Of a stretch of 64,000 bases of DNA, positions 9,731 through 18,776 are shown piece after piece. Position 1 is the first letter of the stretch; every line of letters begins with the position of its first letter. The stretch comes from Acetobacteraceae bacterium. Its GTDB lineage: Bacteria; Pseudomonadota; Alphaproteobacteria; Acetobacterales; Acetobacteraceae. Location: the NCBI GenBank assembly GCA_965198895.1, contig OZ240676.1, positions 474,400-538,399 of the forward strand, read 5' to 3'. Made by a program: the position numbers and the translations under genes. The notes under the pieces were generated by a model that ran no database searches, was not told where the DNA came from, and worked only from the letters and a program-made list of their open reading frames with translations.

Positions 9731-10843
9731 ATGCAACACCCTGCCCTTCCCCGCCGCACGCTGCTCGGTGCCGGCGCCGCCGTCTTGGCGCTGCCCTCGA
9801 TGGTGGCCCAGGCCGCACCGGCGGCTAAGCTCGAGCTGGTCGCCACGTTCAGCCAGCCCCGCCAGGTCACCGGCGTCGCCGTCTCCCCCACCGGCCGCAT
9901 CTTCGTGAACTTCCCCCGTTGGGAGGAGGACGTCGCGATGTCGGTGACCGAGGTGGGCCATGGCGGCGCGCTCACCCCCTATCCGAATGCCGACTGGAAC
10001 GCCTTCCGCGACGCTGCCCCGGCCAATCCCGCCCAGCGCTTCGTCTGCGTGCAGAGCGTCACCTGCGACCCGCAAGGCAATCTGTGGGTGCTCGACCCGG
10101 CGGCCCCTGGGCTGAGCTTCGAGGTGACGGGCGGGCCGAAGCTGGTGTGCATCGACCTCAAGACCAACCAGGTGAGCCGTGTCTACGCCGTCGATCCCAG
10201 CATCGCGCCGCAGGGCAGCTACCTGAACGACATCCGCTTCACGCCGGACGGGCAGCGCGCTGTCCTGACCAATTCCGGCCAGCCCGGTTGCCTCATCACC
10301 TTCGACGTGCAGTCCGGCCAGATGCGCCGGGTGCTGGACGGCCATCCCAGCACGCAGTTCGAGAAGGGCATGGTGGTGACCGTGGACGGCAAGCCGTTGA
10401 AGCGCCTGGACGGTGAGACGGCCCAGTTCTCGGCCGACGGAATCGCGCTCGACAACCAGGGGGAGAACGTGTTCTGGCAGGCAACCACGGGCACGACGAT
10501 GTACCGTGCCCCGGTGAAGGCCCTGTTCGACCCGCAGGTGACGGCGGACCAACTGGGCAGTGCCGTCGAGACCTACACCCGCACCTTCCTGGCCGACGGC
10601 TACTGGATGGCGAAAAGCGGCACGCTGTATTGCACGTCTTGCGCCGACAACTCGGTCAAGCGGATGATGCCGGACAAGACCTTCAGCGTCGCGGTGCAGG
10701 ACAAACGGCTATTCTGGCCGGACAGCATGGCGGAGGGTGCGGACGGGTCGATCTACGTCACCGCCTCGCACATTCCGCAGATGAAAGCGTGGCAGGGCCC
10801 CGGGGTGCAGCAGAGCCAACTGTTCCGCTTCAAGCCCGCTTGA
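9731..10843 (+). CDS. Major royal jelly protein / yellow-like beta-propeller, Tat-exported
   Basis: Twin-arginine leader RRTLLGAG; TGVAVSPTGRIFVNFPRW, LWVLDP, YLNDIRF, WPD motifs. Confidence 0.85.
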   Translation: MQHPALPRRTLLGAGAAVLALPSMVAQAAPAAKLELVATFSQPRQVTGVAVSPTGRIFVNFPRWEEDVAMSVTEVGHGGALTPYPNADWNAFRDAAPANPAQRFVCVQSVTCDPQGNLWVLDPAAPGLSFEVTGGPKLVCIDLKTNQVSRVYAVDPSIAPQGSYLNDIRFTPDGQRAVLTNSGQPGCLITFDVQSGQMRRVLDGHPSTQFEKGMVVTVDGKPLKRLDGETAQFSADGIALDNQGENVFWQATTGTTMYRAPVKALFDPQVTADQLGSAVETYTRTFLADGYWMAKSGTLYCTSCADNSVKRMMPDKTFSVAVQDKRLFWPDSMAEGADGSIYVTASHIPQMKAWQGPGVQQSQLFRFKPA

Positions 10844-10847
10844 ACAC

Positions 10848-10986
10848 CGTCGTGCCAGGGCTTGACCGCTGGCATCCACGGCGTCCCGCAGACACCGGCC
10901 CCGCCGTGTGCATGCGGTCGTGTCAAATCTCGTCTGACGTCACCAGCCCAATCGCGTGGATACCAAGGTCAAGCCTTGGCATGGTG
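10848..10986. repeat. CGTC-type REP doublet (REPIN/MITE-like) between convergent genes
   Basis: Arms CGTCGTGCCAGGGCTTGACCGCTGGCATCCACG (10848-10880) and CGTGGATACCAAGGTCAAGCCTTGGCATGG (from 10955) are imperfect inverted repeats, each internally palindromic. Confidence 0.75.
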
Positions 10987-10992
10987 ATGGTG

Positions 10993-11955
10993 TCACCGCA
11001 CCAAGTTTGCCGGCTCGCGTCCGGCCAACACGGCGTCGATCCCGTCCAGCACCATCGCGCCCATCGCGTCGCGGGTGACGGAGGTGGCGCTGCCAAGATG
11101 CGGCAGCAGAACCGCATTGTCGCAGGTGAGATACTCGGGATTGAGGGCCGGCTCGCCCTCGAACACGTCGGCTCCATAAGCCGCGATCCGTCCGCTCCGA
11201 AGCGCCGCGATCATCGCCGCGTCGTCGACCAAAATGCCTCGGCCAGCATTGGCCACGACGGCCCCATGCGGCAGCTTGGCGATCCGCTCGGCATTGAGCC
11301 AGTGCTTGGTGCCCTCCCCGCCCGGTGCGTTCAGCGACAGCAAGTCGCAGACGGCGAGGAAGCTGTCGTCGTCATCGTGGTAGATCGCGCCGCGCTCCAG
11401 CTCCGGCGGCAAGCGCGCGACGTCGCGGTAGTGCACGATCATCGCCAGCCCCTGCGCCAGCTTGGCCAGTTCGCGCCCGATCCGGCCCATGCCGAAAATG
11501 CCGAGCGTGCGGCCGACAACCCCCGTGCCGAGCAGTTGCGTCGGCGCCCACCCTGTCCACTGGCCGCTCCGGACCAGGCGCTCGCCCTCGCCCGCCCGGC
11601 GTGCCGCGGCGAGCAACAGCAGCAGCGCGCACTCCGCCGTGGCGACGGACAGCACGTCGGGCGTGTTCACCACGGCAATGCCGCGGGCGCGGGCGGCGGC
11701 GACGTCGATGTGGTCGTAACCGACGCTGAACGTGCCGATCACCCGGACGGTATCCGGCAGCGCCGCGATGGTCGCGGCATCCAGTTTCTCCGCGGGGCAG
11801 CACAGCACGGCCGTGGCACCATCCGCCAGCCGCACGACATCGGCTCCGCTGCGGGGCGTGTCGTCGGCGTTCAGTCGGGCGTCGTAACTCTGCGTCGCGC
11901 GAGCTTCGACGGCAGGTGGCAAACGGCGGGTAACGAGCAGGATCGGCTTGGCCAT
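10993..11955 (-). CDS. D-isomer-specific 2-hydroxyacid dehydrogenase (glyoxylate/hydroxypyruvate reductase-like)
   Basis: SVGYDHID, NTPDVL, GIFGMGRIG, NAGRG, LPHLGSAT. Confidence 0.92.
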   Translation of the reverse strand: MAKPILLVTRRLPPAVEARATQSYDARLNADDTPRSGADVVRLADGATAVLCCPAEKLDAATIAALPDTVRVIGTFSVGYDHIDVAAARARGIAVVNTPDVLSVATAECALLLLLAAARRAGEGERLVRSGQWTGWAPTQLLGTGVVGRTLGIFGMGRIGRELAKLAQGLAMIVHYRDVARLPPELERGAIYHDDDDSFLAVCDLLSLNAPGGEGTKHWLNAERIAKLPHGAVVANAGRGILVDDAAMIAALRSGRIAAYGADVFEGEPALNPEYLTCDNAVLLPHLGSATSVTRDAMGAMVLDGIDAVLAGREPANLVR

Positions 11956-12015
11956 GCTGGGGAGCTCCTTTTCCGCCATCCTGGCCGGAGATCCCTTGTT
12001 GCGCCAGCGCCAGGG

Positions 12016-12570
12016 TTAGGCGGTGATGCTGGCCGCCGCCACGGTCGCTGCCGTGCCGCCGTAATTGGCCAGCGTCTGCTGCAGGGTTTGCTGCAACTGA
12101 TCCAGCACCGATTGCAGGCTTGTCGGCGCCGCCGTGCTCGCAGAGGCCGTGGAGGCAGCGGCGGATGGAGTTGCCGCGGAGCCATCCGCCGACTGGGACG
12201 AGTTGGCTAGCAACTGCTGCAACCGGCTTGCCAGGTTGCTGATCGGGCTGGACTGAGCCGAGGTCGTCGGGTCGGTGGCGCCCAGCGGGTTGGTCGACGT
12301 GGCGGAGGCGCTCGCCGTGGTGGCGGTGCCGGATGACTGGCCGGACTGCGCGTTCAGCAGGATGGATTGCAGTTCCGACGCAAACTTCTGCAGGCCCGCA
12401 CCGGCTGGGGCGGCCTGGCTTGCCGACGCCGTGCTGGCCGACGATGTCGATGCACCGGTCGTGCTCGCGCTCAGCGGATCGGTCTGCGACGATGTAGCAG
12501 CCGCCGGCTTGTGGTGGTGGTGATGGGCGACCGGCGTAGCCGACTGCGTCGAACTGATACTTCCGCTCAT
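12016..12570 (-). CDS. Hypothetical Ser/Thr/Ala/Gln-rich low-complexity protein with His run
   Basis: ORF MSGSISSTQSATPVAHHHHHK..., GGAGG SD upstream, GC3-rich codons. Confidence 0.7.
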   Translation of the reverse strand: MSGSISSTQSATPVAHHHHHKPAAATSSQTDPLSASTTGASTSSASTASASQAAPAGAGLQKFASELQSILLNAQSGQSSGTATTASASATSTNPLGATDPTTSAQSSPISNLASRLQQLLANSSQSADGSAATPSAAASTASASTAAPTSLQSVLDQLQQTLQQTLANYGGTAATVAAASITA

Positions 12571-12712
12571 GATGGCCTCCAGGGGTTCCGAACTCCCCTT
12601 TGCCAGCGTCGTGCCACAGCCAACTCCCAGGAACCGGGCCATTTTCCACCCCGACACGGCAGAAGTGACCCGGCAGGAATTGCCGCCCCGGCCGCGAACG
12701 CTGCCCCGCGGC

Positions 12713-15190
12713 TTACGAGAACATCCGGCTGAGCAGCGAACGAAGCTTCTCGCGGCCGTACGGCTTGCTCAGGAACTCGTCGCACCACGACTCGCCCGCG
12801 GTGCCCTGGCCATTCTCCGCGAAGCCGGACGTGAGCAACACGCGAAGCCCGGGCGAGAGGCGCTTGGCCTCCGCGGCCAGGTCAGTGCCGCTCATCGGGG
12901 GTGGCAGCACGATATCACTGAACAGCAGGTCGAACGCGGGGTGCTGGCCGAGCGCCGCCAAGGCCGCCCCCGCCGTCTCGACCGGCTCCACGACACAGCC
13001 GAACTGTTGCAGCATTCGGGTCACGGCCTTGAGCACCGGCAGCTGGTCTTCAACCACCAGCACCCGCAACCCGTCCGCCTGCCACTGGCTCTTGAGCGGG
13101 ACCGTGTCGGTGCCGAGAGGGACGGCGGCTTTCAGGGGGAAGTACAGCGATACCGTCGTTCCGTGCCCTAATGCGCTTTCGATCCCGACATAGCCGCCCG
13201 ACTGGCGCGCGAAGCCATACACCATGCTCAGCCCGAGCCCGCTGCCGCGATGGGGCGCCTTCGTCGTGAAAAACGGCTCGAAGACACGGGTCAGCAGTTC
13301 CGGCGACATGCCGGTCCCCTCGTCGGACACCTCAAGCACGGCGTACTCGCCTTTCGCGATCTCGCCATCCTGGCAGACGATGCCGGGAGTGATCTCGCGC
13401 CGGTTTGCGCTGATCGTGATCTTGCCACCGTCCGGCATCGCATCGCGGGCATTGATGGCGAGGTTCATCAGGGCGTTCTCGAGTTGCGCGGGATCGGCGT
13501 GCAACTCGTCGGTCAAAGACCCCGGACGGATCTGGACGCTGTGCTGTTCCCCCAGCGTCCGGCCGAGCAGGGTCGACAATTCCCCCAGCATCTTGGCAAT
13601 ATCGATGTATTTCGGCCGCAACTGCGCCTGCAGCGCATAGGACAGCAGCGAGGACGTCAGCTCCGCCGCACGCTCGGCGGCGATCAGCGCAGGCTTGAGC
13701 AGCTCATGCGCCGAATGGCCGGGGTCGAGCTCGATGATCGCTTCCTCGATGTTGAGCGTCGTGACCGTCAGCAGGTTGTTGAAGTCATGCGCGATGCCAC
13801 CCGTCAGCTGACCGAGCGTCTTCAGCCGCTCCGAGCGAAGCAGCGCCTGCTCGGCTTTCTTGTGTTGCGTGATGTCCTGGCAAAACCCGAATGCGCCGTC
13901 GAGCGTCCCGTCCGCCCCCAGCACCGGGCGCGCCTCGATCCGGCAATACCGTACGTCATGCGTCCCGATCGGGATGGCGAATTCGATCTGCCGCGGTTCG
14001 CGCCGGTCGAACACGGCCTGCAGGCCAGCCTGAACGCTGTCGCGGTCCCTGGGCCGGATCACGGCCATCATTTCGGCAACGGTCGGCGGCTGATCACGTT
14101 TCGGCAAACCGAACATGGCATGCACGTCGCTCGACCAGAGCATCGTCTTCCGGTCGGCGGCCAGCCGCCACATTCCCATCCGCGCGATCCGGTGGGCTTC
14201 CATAAGCTCCTTCTCGGCCTCTTCGCTCTTGGTGACCTTGGCCGCAAGCAGCAGGTTTTCGGCCGCAATGCGCCGCGCATATTCCGCGATCTCCTGCGCC
14301 TCCTTGCGATCCGTGATGTCCCGCTGAACGGACACCCAGTGCGTATACCATCCCACCTCGTTCGCGACCGGCACGATGCTGATCTCGACCCAGAACTCGG
14401 TGCCGTCCTTGCGGCGGTTGAGCAGCTCGAGCTCGATCGGCTCCCACGCCACCAGGGCCGCACGCAGCTTGTCCAGCGCGGTACGATCGGTACGATTGGT
14501 CTGCAGGATGCGCGGGCTCTTGCCGATGATCTCGGCCTCGGTGTAGCCGGTCACCCTGGTGAACGCCGCGTTGCAATACAGAATGCGCGGCCCGGGCGCA
14601 TCGATCGGCTCGGCTTCCGTGATCAGAACGGCATCGTTCCCGTTCACGACGACAGATTCCAGCAGGCGGAGCCGTTCGATCTGCGCCTGCCCACCGGCTC
14701 GCTCGGCGAAAGCGGGTGCTGCTTCGGTGCTCATGGCACCGTTTCCGCCGAAAACCGGCATTGCAATCAGGTCTGCGAGCATGGCGGCATGGGCCTTGAC
14801 GACGAACTGCTTGGCTGCGCTCAGCGCCGGCCGCGGGCCGTGGTCGGCCACCACGAGCAGACCCTCGGGCGTATCCGAAACGCCATACAAGGGCGCAATT
14901 GCGATGAAGCGAGCCGCCTCGGCGACGGTCTCGACGGCATCCCCGGCCGGGAGCTCGATCATAACGAGGCTGTCGCGACCGAGTGCCAGGCTTTGAGCGC
15001 CGAGTAGGTGTGTGCGGACTGATGCAGCGATGCCGTCCATGGCCCCGAAAGAGGCTACGGAAGCCCAACCGCCATTGCTCGGGAAATATAGGCTAGTCCA
15101 CCGACAATCGATGGAATGATATAGACTTTGCAATACGACATGGATTTTGTCGTCCTGCGGAGTGCGTACCAAAGTACTCATGTCGTTCAT
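12713..15190 (-). CDS. Hybrid sensor histidine kinase/response regulator with two PAS/PAC domains (CckA-like architecture)
   Basis: PAS (NAAFTRVTGY...RKDGTEFW), H-box GGIAHDFNNLL, N-box NLAINARDAM, FEPFFTTK, GSGLGLS, receiver DLLFSDIVLP...KP. Confidence 0.92.
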   Translation of the reverse strand: MNDMSTLVRTPQDDKIHVVLQSLYHSIDCRWTSLYFPSNGGWASVASFGAMDGIAASVRTHLLGAQSLALGRDSLVMIELPAGDAVETVAEAARFIAIAPLYGVSDTPEGLLVVADHGPRPALSAAKQFVVKAHAAMLADLIAMPVFGGNGAMSTEAAPAFAERAGGQAQIERLRLLESVVVNGNDAVLITEAEPIDAPGPRILYCNAAFTRVTGYTEAEIIGKSPRILQTNRTDRTALDKLRAALVAWEPIELELLNRRKDGTEFWVEISIVPVANEVGWYTHWVSVQRDITDRKEAQEIAEYARRIAAENLLLAAKVTKSEEAEKELMEAHRIARMGMWRLAADRKTMLWSSDVHAMFGLPKRDQPPTVAEMMAVIRPRDRDSVQAGLQAVFDRREPRQIEFAIPIGTHDVRYCRIEARPVLGADGTLDGAFGFCQDITQHKKAEQALLRSERLKTLGQLTGGIAHDFNNLLTVTTLNIEEAIIELDPGHSAHELLKPALIAAERAAELTSSLLSYALQAQLRPKYIDIAKMLGELSTLLGRTLGEQHSVQIRPGSLTDELHADPAQLENALMNLAINARDAMPDGGKITISANRREITPGIVCQDGEIAKGEYAVLEVSDEGTGMSPELLTRVFEPFFTTKAPHRGSGLGLSMVYGFARQSGGYVGIESALGHGTTVSLYFPLKAAVPLGTDTVPLKSQWQADGLRVLVVEDQLPVLKAVTRMLQQFGCVVEPVETAGAALAALGQHPAFDLLFSDIVLPPPMSGTDLAAEAKRLSPGLRVLLTSGFAENGQGTAGESWCDEFLSKPYGREKLRSLLSRMFS

Positions 15191-15351
15191 CGCTGACCTA
15201 CCCTGAATCGACGCGCCGAATATTGGAAGCAGCTATCTAGGGTAACAGCCGCAGCGCCGCTGATATGCCAGCAAAGACCGTTTTTGCAACGTCTTGGTTT
15301 TGTAAGTTTGTGTCAGACTATGATTTATAACGTATGTCAGTATATTGATTG

Positions 15352-16473
15352 CTAATCAGGAAATTCAGTACGAATCCTTGCCGAGTGCTCGCCGATCGCC
15401 GGCACCGGACCAAGCTCCGGCTGCCCACCGCTTTCGATTACCGGCGGGGCCACCACCGAGGCCGGGCCGGCTGGGGTCTGCACCACGACCCGGCGTAGTG
15501 CCGGGTGGCTCGCCAGGCCCTTCAAATCGTTGACGAAGCCGAATGCGGTGCCCCCTGCGCGAAGGCGCTGCGCCGCCGCTTCCCGCGTCAAACCGGCGAA
15601 GACGGTGGCGACATGGCCGTCCACCGCCGGGCGGTTGGCCGTCCGAGCCGTGTTGGTCTCGAACCCGGGCATCTGCGACAGACCGGGCTCGCGCAGGACA
15701 TGTGTGCAGAAAGCCTGCCACTCCCGCTCGTTTTGGATCGAGATCAGGATCGAGGCCCCATCCTGCGTTTGGAACGCGCCATACGGCGTGATGGTGGGAT
15801 GCGCCAAGCCGACCCGGGCCGGTGCGTGGCCCATGCCTTCGAAGTATAGCAGTGGCACGTTCATCCAGTCTGCCATGCCGTCGAACAGGCTGACCTTCAG
15901 CCCCTTGCCCCGCCCGGTGCGCCCGCGCTCGATCAGCGCCTCCAGCACGCCGGCGTGGGCCGCCATGCCGCAGGCGATGTCGCAGACGGACACGCCGACC
16001 CGGCCCGGCCCGGCGGGGTGCCCGGTGATCGACGCCAGCCCGCTCTCCGCCTGCACCAACAGGTCGTAAGCCTTCATGTCGGCGTAGGAATTGCCTTCGC
16101 CGTAGCCGCTGATGTCGACGGTGATCAGCCGCTCGTGGGCCGCACGCAGTTCGTCGGACCCGAACCCCGCGCGGCCGGCGGCACCCGGTGCCAGGTTCTG
16201 GATGAACACGTCGGCTTGGGCGAGGATACGGTGCAGCAGCGCGGCGTCGTCCGGCTGTTTGATATCGGCAACCAGGCTCTGCTTGCCGCGGTTGAGCCAC
16301 ACGAAGTAGCTCGCCATGCCGTTCACCGACGCGTCGTAGCCGCGCGCGAAATCGCCCTCCGCGCGTTCGATCTTGATCACCCGCGCGCCGGCATCGGCGA
16401 GCCTGCTGGAGCAATACGGCGCCGCCACCGCCTGCTCCAGCGAGACGACCAGCACCCCATCGAGCGCGCCCAT
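15352..16473 (-). CDS. CaiB/BaiF family III CoA-transferase
   Basis: LDGVLVVSLEQAVAAP, GARVIKIER, NRGKQS, DVFIQNLAPG, KAYDLLVQAESG. Confidence 0.92.
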   Translation of the reverse strand: MGALDGVLVVSLEQAVAAPYCSSRLADAGARVIKIERAEGDFARGYDASVNGMASYFVWLNRGKQSLVADIKQPDDAALLHRILAQADVFIQNLAPGAAGRAGFGSDELRAAHERLITVDISGYGEGNSYADMKAYDLLVQAESGLASITGHPAGPGRVGVSVCDIACGMAAHAGVLEALIERGRTGRGKGLKVSLFDGMADWMNVPLLYFEGMGHAPARVGLAHPTITPYGAFQTQDGASILISIQNEREWQAFCTHVLREPGLSQMPGFETNTARTANRPAVDGHVATVFAGLTREAAAQRLRAGGTAFGFVNDLKGLASHPALRRVVVQTPAGPASVVAPPVIESGGQPELGPVPAIGEHSARIRTEFPD

Positions 16474-16486
16474 CAGTACAGGCGCC

Positions 16487-16552
16487 GTAGGGTGGGCTGC
16501 TCGCAGCCCACCGGGGCAAAACAGAAGGTGGGCCGCAAGCAGCCCACCCGAC
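16487..16552. repeat. GTAG-type REP doublet (REPIN)
   Basis: GTAGGGTGGGCTGCTCGCAGCCCACC ... GGTGGGCCGCAAGCAGCCCACCCGAC in inverted orientation; similar to 49372-49426. Confidence 0.8.
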
Positions 16553-16570
16553 GGAACGACGTGTGCATGA

Positions 16571-17740
16571 CTAATACGAACGGGGTAGGCCGAGCACGTG
16601 CTCGGCGACATAGGACAGGATTAGGTTTGTACTAATAGGGGCCACCTGATACAGCCGGGTCTCGCGGAACTTGCGTTCGATGTCGTATTCCTCCGCGAAC
16701 CCATAGCCGCCATGGGTCTGGATGCACGCCTCGCCGGCGGCCCAGCTCGCCTCCGCGGCCAGCATCTTAGCCATGTTGGCCTGCTCGCCGCACGCAAGCC
16801 CGGCCTCGAACCGCTCCAGCCCCTCGCGCACCAGCAGTTCGGCGGCGCGCATTTGGGCGTAGGCGCGCGCGATCGGGAAGGCGACGCCCTGGTTCTGGCC
16901 GATCGCACGGCCGAACACGCGGCGCTCGTTGGCGTAGGCAGTGGATTTGGCGGTAAACCACTTGGCGTCGCCGATGCATTCGGCCGCGATCAGCAGCCGC
17001 TCGGCGTTCATGCCGTCCAGGATGTAGCGAAAGCCGCGCCCCTCCTCGCCCACCAGGTTGGCGGCGGGGACGGGCATGTTGTCGAAGAACACCTCGCACG
17101 AATTGTGGTTCATCATGGTGCGGATCGGGCGGATGGTCAGGCCGGGCGTGTTCTTCATGTCTACGATGAAGGTGCTAAGCCCCTCGGTCTTTTTGCCCAC
17201 CTGATCGCGCGGCGTGGTGCGGGCGAGTAGCAGCATCAGGTCCGAATGCTCGGAGCGGCTGGTCCACACCTTCTGGCCGTTCACGACGTAGGTATCGCCT
17301 TCGCGCTTGGCGAACGTGCGCAGGCTGGTGGTGTCGGTCCCGCTGGTCGGCTCGGTCACGCCGAACGCCTGCAGGCGCAGTTCGCCGGTGGCGATCTTGG
17401 GCAGGTATTGCTGCTTCTGCTCGGCCGAGCCGTGCCGCAGGATGGTGCCCATGATGTACATCTGCGCGTGGCAGGCGGCGCCGTTGCAGCCCTCGGCTTG
17501 GATCGTTTCCAGGATCGCCGCCGCGGCAGTGATGCCGAGGCCGGAGCCGCCGTATTCCTCGGGGATCAGCACGGACAGGTAGCCGGCTTCGGTCAGCGCG
17601 TTGACGAACTCGGTCGGGTAGCCGCGCACCTCGTCCAGCTTGCGCCAGTATTCGCCGGGGAAGCGGGCGCACAGCTTGCGCACCTCCTCACGGATCTCGG
17701 CGTGGTCGTCTCGGGTGGTTAGTTGCTGGTCCATTGGCAT
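16571..17740 (-). CDS. Acyl-CoA dehydrogenase
   Basis: FGVTEPTSGTD, VNGQKVWTS, GFRYILDGMNAER, IGQNQG, QTHGGYGF; SD GAAGGA before ATG 17740. Confidence 0.93.
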   Translation of the reverse strand: MPMDQQLTTRDDHAEIREEVRKLCARFPGEYWRKLDEVRGYPTEFVNALTEAGYLSVLIPEEYGGSGLGITAAAAILETIQAEGCNGAACHAQMYIMGTILRHGSAEQKQQYLPKIATGELRLQAFGVTEPTSGTDTTSLRTFAKREGDTYVVNGQKVWTSRSEHSDLMLLLARTTPRDQVGKKTEGLSTFIVDMKNTPGLTIRPIRTMMNHNSCEVFFDNMPVPAANLVGEEGRGFRYILDGMNAERLLIAAECIGDAKWFTAKSTAYANERRVFGRAIGQNQGVAFPIARAYAQMRAAELLVREGLERFEAGLACGEQANMAKMLAAEASWAAGEACIQTHGGYGFAEEYDIERKFRETRLYQVAPISTNLILSYVAEHVLGLPRSY

Positions 17741-17757
17741 CGTCCTTCGCGTGCTAC

Positions 17758-17846
17758 CCCTCACCCCGCCCTCCACTGCCATTCCACGGGCTAAGCGAGC
17801 CCGCGGAACCTTTGGCAGTTCCGCCCTCTCCCTCAAGGGGAGAGGG
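17758..17846. repeat. CCCTCACCC/CCCTCTCCC..GGGAGAGGG intergenic palindromic repeat carrying an inserted hairpin
   Basis: Matches the arm at 52962-52996 but is interrupted by ACTGCCA...TGGCAGT flanked by a duplicated CCGCCCTC. Confidence 0.7.
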
Positions 17847-17855
17847 AGAAGGATG

Positions 17856-18761
17856 TTACACGGGGTCCCAGCTGAATACGTCTTGGCTGCGGTCAAGCGG
17901 CACCAGGCTTGCCTTCAACGCCGGGGCACCGTGCTCCGCGATCAGTTCGGGCGTCCAGCCTTCGCCGCGATGCACGGAGCGCAAGGGGCGGCTTTGGCTC
18001 ATCAGCATGATCTCGTTGTAGCGCGTGGCGAACACCTGGCCGGTGAAGGCGCTGGCCGCGTCCGACGCCAGGAACACGGCCATCGGTGCGTTCTTGTCCG
18101 GCGTCATCTGCTGCAGCTTGGCGACCCGCGCCTGCTGCTCCGGCGTCTCGGCCGGGATGGAACTGGTCATGCGGCTCCACGCGAACGGCGCGATGCAGTT
18201 GGAGCGCACGTTGTAGCGCTGCATGTCCAGCGCGATCGACTTGGACAGCGCGGTGATCCCCAGCTTGGCCGCCGAGTAGTTTGCCTGGCCGAAATTGCCC
18301 ACCAGCCCCGACGTGCTGGTCATGTGCACATAGGCGCCGGATTGCTGCGCACGGAACTGATCGGCGGCGGCGCGGCTGACGAAGAACGAGCCGTTGAGGT
18401 GCACGCCGATCACGTCCAGCCAGTCCTTCGGCGACATCTTGTGGAAGATCACGTCGCGCAGGATGCCGGCGTTGTTGACCACGATGTCCACCCGGCCGAA
18501 CGCGTCCATGGCGGTCTGCACGATCTTCTGCGCCGAGTCCCATTCGGCGACGCTGTCGGTGTTGATCGCCGCCCGTCCACCACGCTGCTCGATGATCTGC
18601 TTGGTCTGCTCGGCCGGCGAGGCGGACAGGCCTTCGCCGGTCAGCGAGGCTCCGACGTCGTTGATCACCACGTCGGCGCCGGCGAGCGCCATCGCCACTG
18701 CGATCTCCCGGCCGATTCCGCCACCGGCCCCGGTCACGATCGCCACTTTGCCGTTCAGCAT
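17856..18761 (-). CDS. SDR family oxidoreductase (3-hydroxyacyl-CoA dehydrogenase/MFE-2-like)
   Basis: VTGAGGGIG, VNNAGILRD, GQANYSAAK (YxxxK). Confidence 0.93.
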   Translation of the reverse strand: MLNGKVAIVTGAGGGIGREIAVAMALAGADVVINDVGASLTGEGLSASPAEQTKQIIEQRGGRAAINTDSVAEWDSAQKIVQTAMDAFGRVDIVVNNAGILRDVIFHKMSPKDWLDVIGVHLNGSFFVSRAAADQFRAQQSGAYVHMTSTSGLVGNFGQANYSAAKLGITALSKSIALDMQRYNVRSNCIAPFAWSRMTSSIPAETPEQQARVAKLQQMTPDKNAPMAVFLASDAASAFTGQVFATRYNEIMLMSQSRPLRSVHRGEGWTPELIAEHGAPALKASLVPLDRSQDVFSWDPV

Positions 18762-18776
18762 GGTCCGCTCACTCCC

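Noticed and set aside
14300-14650. First PAS domain of the hybrid kinase as a LOV photoreceptor
   Set aside because: The LOV signature GxNCRFLQ reads GKSPRILQ; the photoactive Cys is absent
16586-16610. GTAGGCCGAGCACGTGCTCGGC as another GTAG REP
   Set aside because: It is the reverse strand of the conserved coding end AEHVLGL of the acyl-CoA dehydrogenase
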